Source: Leptolyngbyales cyanobacterium
GTDB taxonomy: Bacteria > Cyanobacteriota > Cyanobacteriia > Leptolyngbyales > Leptolyngbyaceae
Assembly (NCBI GenBank): GCA_038227635.1
Contig: JBBRPT010000006.1
Span: forward strand, 1-64,000
DNA: 64,000 nt
Reading direction: 5' to 3'
In this document: positions 59,281 through 64,000 of the stretch, in pieces
Numbering within the stretch: the stretch's first letter is position 1
Layout: each line of letters starts with the position of its first letter
Made by a program: the position numbers and the translations under genes
The notes under the pieces: model-generated
What the model was told of the DNA's origin: nothing
What the model saw: the letters and a program-made list of their open reading frames with translations, nothing else
Databases searched by the model: none

Positions 59281-60843
59281 TTAATGTTTAGACGCATCTA
59301 CACGATCGCGCAAAGAATGACTCAAGTCAGCAGGCAAAAACAGAGGTTTACCTTTGAGCAAGCTGTCACCCACCAGATAAGCAAACCCAGCGACAAAGAA
59401 GGCGATCGAAATTCCGATCGCAGTCATTGAGTTAGTTTTTGCGCTTCCGGCTCCAGTCAGTCCATAGTAAAAGATGCCGCATACCATAAACAGATTTGCA
59501 CCTAAGCCTAATACGGGAATGGCGATCGTTTGAATTGGATTATGCTCTTCGTCTAGCAAGTGTTTTAGCGTTGCGATCAACGTCACCCCGCAGGTAATGC
59601 CGTAGAGCATAAACGTGCCGATGTTAGAGACGAGTGTGACGATCGTGACATTATCGACGCTCTGCACCGCATAAGCCCCAATCAAAGCTGACAGACCCGT
59701 CAGAAAGTAGATGCCGATGTGGGGCGTGTTGTAGCGACCATGCAAAAATCCAAACACGGCTGGCAATTCGCGATCACTGCCCATTGCATAACTAATCCGA
59801 ACCCCGGTTGACAGCGCCGAAAGTGCCGTCCCAACTAGCGCCATCACGACGGTGCTGGCGATCGTAATTTGCAACAGAAAGCCGTTACCGAACAATAAAG
59901 AGTCACCCAAAATCCTGGCAATATCCCCAATCGGCGCACCCGACGAGAATGCGGCGGCAAATCCAGTGACGGTCTTGCCATCTACGATCGCAGTATATTG
60001 ATCGCCAACGAAAAAGTTTGCAGCGAAATACTCAAAAAAGTAGCAGACACAGGCTTGAATGAACAGTGACAGAATTACACCTCTGGGAATATCCCGTCGA
60101 GGATTGACTGCCTCTCCTGCCATTGCCGTTGCAGATTCAAAACCAACGACTAGAAGAATGGCGATCGTGGCTTGATAAATCAACCCCAGCAAATCGTGAG
60201 GAATCACAACGCTAACTGCATTGGTGTGTTCATAGTTAACGTTGGGATGACCCAACCGATACAGAATCATCAACAACCCTAAAAACACCAGAGAAGTAAT
60301 TTGAACAATGTTGATGATAATATTGACGAGCGTAGATCCCGTTACGCCTATCATTGCGATGCTGCCTACTAGCCCTGCAAAGACAAAACAAATTAAGACT
60401 TTACTAAACCAGTCGGAGGCAAACCCAGGATTAAACAGTTGCCCAATGTAAGCGACCAACGTTCCCATAAAGCTAATCATGATACCGGGATATACCCAGT
60501 AGTAGAGGTGCGCTGCCCAACCCGTGACAAATTTTGCCAGACGAGCTAACCGAAAATGCTTATGCTCTTCTTTAGCTAAAATGGCTGCTTCGGCGTAATA
60601 GTAAGAACTACCCGCACCCGCCTCAGGATAAGCTTTGGAGAGTGTGGCATAGCAACTTGCTGTGAGTAGAGCAATGCAGGTTGCGAGAGCGATCGCTGCC
60701 CACATATTTTTGGCAGAGTCGGGAGGAGCTTGTAGTTGGTAGGTTGTCCACAAAAAAGCGCCTGGTGCAATCAACGCCATTGCGTTAATCGTAATCCCTA
60801 CCAATCCGAGCGTAGGTTTCAGTTCACTATTTGACTGAGCCAT
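59281..60843 (-). CDS. APC-superfamily permease (amino acid/polyamine-type transporter), 12 TM
   Basis: About 520 aa from MAQSNS. TM1 motif GLVGITINAMALIAPGAF. APC-like topology. Confidence 0.65.
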   Translation of the reverse strand: MAQSNSELKPTLGLVGITINAMALIAPGAFLWTTYQLQAPPDSAKNMWAAIALATCIALLTASCYATLSKAYPEAGAGSSYYYAEAAILAKEEHKHFRLARLAKFVTGWAAHLYYWVYPGIMISFMGTLVAYIGQLFNPGFASDWFSKVLICFVFAGLVGSIAMIGVTGSTLVNIIINIVQITSLVFLGLLMILYRLGHPNVNYEHTNAVSVVIPHDLLGLIYQATIAILLVVGFESATAMAGEAVNPRRDIPRGVILSLFIQACVCYFFEYFAANFFVGDQYTAIVDGKTVTGFAAAFSSGAPIGDIARILGDSLLFGNGFLLQITIASTVVMALVGTALSALSTGVRISYAMGSDRELPAVFGFLHGRYNTPHIGIYFLTGLSALIGAYAVQSVDNVTIVTLVSNIGTFMLYGITCGVTLIATLKHLLDEEHNPIQTIAIPVLGLGANLFMVCGIFYYGLTGAGSAKTNSMTAIGISIAFFVAGFAYLVGDSLLKGKPLFLPADLSHSLRDRVDASKH

Positions 60844-61252
60844 TATGTTGTTACATCCCTCGGTATTGCGACCACTATTCTCAATGGCAGAGACTAATAG
60901 ATCTGTATTCCACAACACAAATATTTGCTCGGTCTACTGTACAAATTTCGTGAAACTATTGCCACCTATAGACTTAGCAGTGACGTCAATTTCGCTCCAG
61001 ACATTTTCTACCTGCTGTCTCTAGAGTGTTTTGCACAGGTTTTTTGTTTTTTATCCTGCACTGTAGTCTCTGATACAAATGTTTTGATTCCCTATTCTTA
61101 CTATTAAGCTGAAACGGACAACCTTTGGTGAGATTTAGACTTGACTCTAGAAGACCTCTGCTGGCTCTAATTGTTACATCCGTCGAAGAGGTTTTCGAGT
61201 TAGGGTTCTGTATGATTTGTATCACAGTCATTTCAGTCACCGGAGAACAACT

Positions 61253-62212
61253 ATGGAATCCGACCTTGTGAATGGAGAGGTTTCTGCAGCTACGATCGCA
61301 GAACTCCTCACTTCAGAATCCGCCAATCTGACCACAAAGAAAAAAAAGAAGAAAGGTAAGAAACACAAAAAAGCCAAACTCTCCTCTACTCCGCCACCCA
61401 TGACTTATTTACCCGCTTCTGAGCAGGAAAGCAGGTCTAAGTTCTCCAGCAAAGACTACGAGAAAGAACTCGCCCGACTGCAAGTAGAACTGGTGAAAAT
61501 GCAGTATTGGGCAAAACATACAGGCACCCGAATTGTCATCTTGTTTGAAGGTCGCGATGCCGCCGGGAAAGGCGGCACGATTAAGCGGATTACGGAGCCG
61601 TTAAATCCGCGCGGCTGTCGAGTCGTCGCTTTGGGAACCCCGAGCGATCGTGAAAAAACTGAATGGTACTTTCAGCGCTATGTGCCTCATCTACCAGCAG
61701 CAGGCGAAATTGTCTGCTTCGACCGCAGTTGGTATAACCGCGCTGGGGTCGAGCATGTGATGGGGTTTTGCACCGATGAACAGTATCAGGAATTTATGCA
61801 AACCTGCCCCGAATTTGAGCGAATGCTGGTTAGGTCTGGCATCATTTTGCTGAAGTATTGGTTTTCTGTCAGCGATGACGAGCAAGAGCGGCGGTTTCAA
61901 TCCCGCACGATCGATCCCGCCCGTCGTTGGAAACTCAGCCCGATGGATTTGGAGTCACGCGATCGCTGGGTGGAATATTCCAAAGCCAAGGACACGATGC
62001 TTTCTCACACCAATATTCCTGAAGCACCCTGGTTTACCGTTGAAGCCGACGACAAAAAACGCGCTCGCCTCAACTGCATCCGTCACTTTCTCAGCAAGAT
62101 TCCCTATGTGGATATGACTCCAGAACCGCTAGAACTGCCGCCGCGAAAGTCTGCTCATGATTATGTGCGACCCCCGCGCAACGAACAGTTCTTCGTCCCA
62201 CAAGTCTATTGA
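61253..62212 (+). CDS. ppk2: Polyphosphate kinase 2 (PPK2) with Lys-rich N-terminal extension
   Basis: Walker A FEGRDAAGKGGTIKRI. PPK2 lid and YW motifs (FDRSWYNRAGVE, LKYWFSVSDDEQ). GGAGAA sits 7 nt upstream of the ATG at 61253. Confidence 0.88.
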   Translation: MESDLVNGEVSAATIAELLTSESANLTTKKKKKKGKKHKKAKLSSTPPPMTYLPASEQESRSKFSSKDYEKELARLQVELVKMQYWAKHTGTRIVILFEGRDAAGKGGTIKRITEPLNPRGCRVVALGTPSDREKTEWYFQRYVPHLPAAGEIVCFDRSWYNRAGVEHVMGFCTDEQYQEFMQTCPEFERMLVRSGIILLKYWFSVSDDEQERRFQSRTIDPARRWKLSPMDLESRDRWVEYSKAKDTMLSHTNIPEAPWFTVEADDKKRARLNCIRHFLSKIPYVDMTPEPLELPPRKSAHDYVRPPRNEQFFVPQVY

Positions 62213-62290
62213 TGGCGAGTAAGAGCAACCGTTCTCATCGCGCCCATTTTTGATTTCATCGCTAATTTCATCTCCAAAGGAACGACAACT

Positions 62291-64000
62291 ATGAGTGGTA
62301 ATGAACTTCGTTTTCAGGCAATTTGTCAGATCACCGATCGTGAAAAGCTTCCTCCCAAAACGCCCAGCCGTCTAGAGGAACTCTGGGCAACCGACGTATT
62401 TACCCTGGGCAAAATGCAGGCTTGTTTGCCCAAAGATGTCTTCAAGTCGATCAAGAACACTATTCAGACGGGTGGAAAGCTGGATGTGTCTGTTGCCGGA
62501 ACCGTTGCCGCAGCGATGAAAGACTGGGCGATTTCTAAGGGCGCACTGTATTACGCTCACGTCTTCTACCCGATGACCAACATCACCGCCGAAAAGCACG
62601 ATGGCTTTATCTCGGTGCAAAGTGACGGCTCGGCGATGACCGAGTTCGCTGGCAAAGTGCTGGTGCAAGGCGAGCCGGATGGGTCATCGTTTCCCAATGG
62701 CGGCATTCGCTCTACGTTTGAAGCGCGGGGCTACACCGCGTGGGATGTCACCAGTCCTGCCTATGTGATGGAAACCGATAACGGGGTGACGTTGTGCATT
62801 CCCACGGTGTTCATTTCTTGGACCGGGGAAGCACTAGACAAAAAAACGCCCTTGCTGCGATCGAATGCGGCGATGAGCAAAGCGGCAACCCGACTACTCA
62901 AACTGTTGGGACATTCAGACGTGGCGACCGTCAATTCTAGCTGTGGTGCCGAGCAAGAATATTTCTTAGTCGATGCCCATTTTGCCCACAGCCGCCCGGA
63001 TATCTTGTTGACAGGCAGAACCTTGTTTGGGCGACCTGCTGCCAAAGGGCAACAGTTTGATGATCACTATTTTGGTGCGATTCCAGAGCGCGTTCAGGTC
63101 TTCATGCAAGATGTGGAAGAGCGGATGTATCGACTGGGGATTCCGGCAAAAACTCGGCATAACGAAGTGGCTCCTGGTCAGTTTGAGCTTGCTCCATTTT
63201 TTGAAGCGGCAAACGTGGCGAGTGACCACCAGCAGATGACGATGACCATTCTCAAGAACACGGCTAAGAAACATGGCTTCGTCTGCCTATTGCACGAAAA
63301 GCCGTTTGCAGGCATCAACGGGTCTGGGAAGCACGTCAACTGGTCGGTGGGCAATGCGACTCAAGGCAATCTGCTCGATCCGGGTGATACTCCCCACACC
63401 AATCTGCAATTTTTGCTGTTTTGCGGAGCGGTGATTCGTGGAGTTCACAAATATGGACCTTTGCTGCGAGCCGTGGTTGCGACTGCAAGTAACGATCATC
63501 GACTCGGTGCCAATGAAGCCCCGCCTGCAATCATCTCAGTCTATCTGGGCAGCCAGCTCGAAGATGTGTTTGAGCAAATTAAGCAGGGAGAGGTGAAAAG
63601 CTCGGCTCACGCGGGTGTGATGAGTTTGGGTGTGCTGACCTTGCCAGAGTTTCCTAAAGATCCAGGCGATCGCAACCGCACTTCACCCTTTGCTTTCACG
63701 GGCAACCGCTTTGAATTCCGGGCAGTTGGGTCGAATCAATCGGTTTCTGGTCCGCTGGTCGCAATGAACACGATTTTGACCGATTCGCTGACCTGGGTGG
63801 CTGACGAGTTAGAAGCTGAACTGGCAAAAGGGCTGTCGTTAGAAGATGCTGCCTTTACCGTGCTGAAAGAAGTCATGGAGGATCACAGCGCTGTTGTCTT
63901 TGGTGGCAATGGTTACTCCGAAGCGTGGCACAAAATGGCAGTTGAGGAACGCGGGCTGTTGAACCTACCCACGACCGCAGACGCGTTGCCCATTTTGAAA
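62291..64000 (+). CDS. glnN: Glutamine synthetase type III (GlnN), 3' partial at window end
   Basis: The ATG at 62291 opens a frame that runs to the window end. GSIII-specific regions include [10 protein letters not shown] and [15 protein letters not shown]. Confidence 0.88.
   Translation, partial: MSGNELRFQAICQITDREKLPPKTPSRLEELWATDVFTLGKMQACLPKDVFKSIKNTIQTGGKLDVSVAGTVAAAMKDWAISKGALYYAHVFYPMTNITAEKHDGFISVQSDGSAMTEFAGKVLVQGEPDGSSFPNGGIRSTFEARGYTAWDVTSPAYVMETDNGVTLCIPTVFISWTGEALDKKTPLLRSNAAMSKAATRLLKLLGHSDVATVNSSCGAEQEYFLVDAHFAHSRPDILLTGRTLFGRPAAKGQQFDDHYFGAIPERVQVFMQDVEERMYRLGIPAKTRHNEVAPGQFELAPFFEAANVASDHQQMTMTILKNTAKKHGFVCLLHEKPFAGINGSGKHVNWSVGNATQGNLLDPGDTPHTNLQFLLFCGAVIRGVHKYGPLLRAVVATASNDHRLGANEAPPAIISVYLGSQLEDVFEQIKQGEVKSSAHAGVMSLGVLTLPEFPKDPGDRNRTSPFAFTGNRFEFRAVGSNQSVSGPLVAMNTILTDSLTWVADELEAELAKGLSLEDAAFTVLKEVMEDHSAVVFGGNGYSEAWHKMAVEERGLLNLPTTADALPILK

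Overview
This window looks like a chromosomal segment from a filamentous cyanobacterium. The HIP1 octamer GCGATCGC is very frequent throughout, and the genes present include kdp, glnB, glnN and eukaryotic-type Ser/Thr kinases. Recognisable housekeeping genes are a type II NADH dehydrogenase, an FHA-domain class A PBP, TsaB, CsaB, P-II GlnB with a rho-independent terminator, PPK2 and a 3'-partial type III glutamine synthetase GlnN. There is a kdpA-kdpB-kdpG/F-kdpC-kdpD(N-terminal only) operon lying divergent from a histidine kinase / LuxR-type response-regulator pair. Other content: two Zn-ribbon Ser/Thr kinases (one WD40-fused and translationally coupled to a flotillin/SPFH gene), a B12-radical-SAM / GT2 / methyltransferase cluster, and a P-loop (STAND-like) ATPase with a TPR partner. 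The window is rich in mobile-element debris: an IS630 fragment at the 5' edge, one IS200/IS605 copy (tnpA plus a tnpB with an early amber stop), IS1, IS4/IS701-like and IS5-like remnants, a serine-recombinase pseudogene, and a four-copy family of TIR-bounded MITE-like repeats. The most unusual region is a roughly 11.6 kb co-oriented minus-strand block (41.9-53.6 kb) flanked by IS remnants. It encodes nine uncharacterised proteins plus an M20 peptidase and an amidohydrolase. Five of the nine share a conserved N-terminal peptide motif, TQW[ML]FE[AP] or a near-variant. Three carry peptidase/hydrolase signatures (HExxH, M15 SxHxxGxAxD, GxSxG-like), and two are paralogs with acidic tandem repeats followed by a cationic segment. 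No known secretion, phage-tail or defence machinery is recognisable in the window, so this block is the best candidate for an undescribed system. No tRNA, rRNA or CRISPR array was found.
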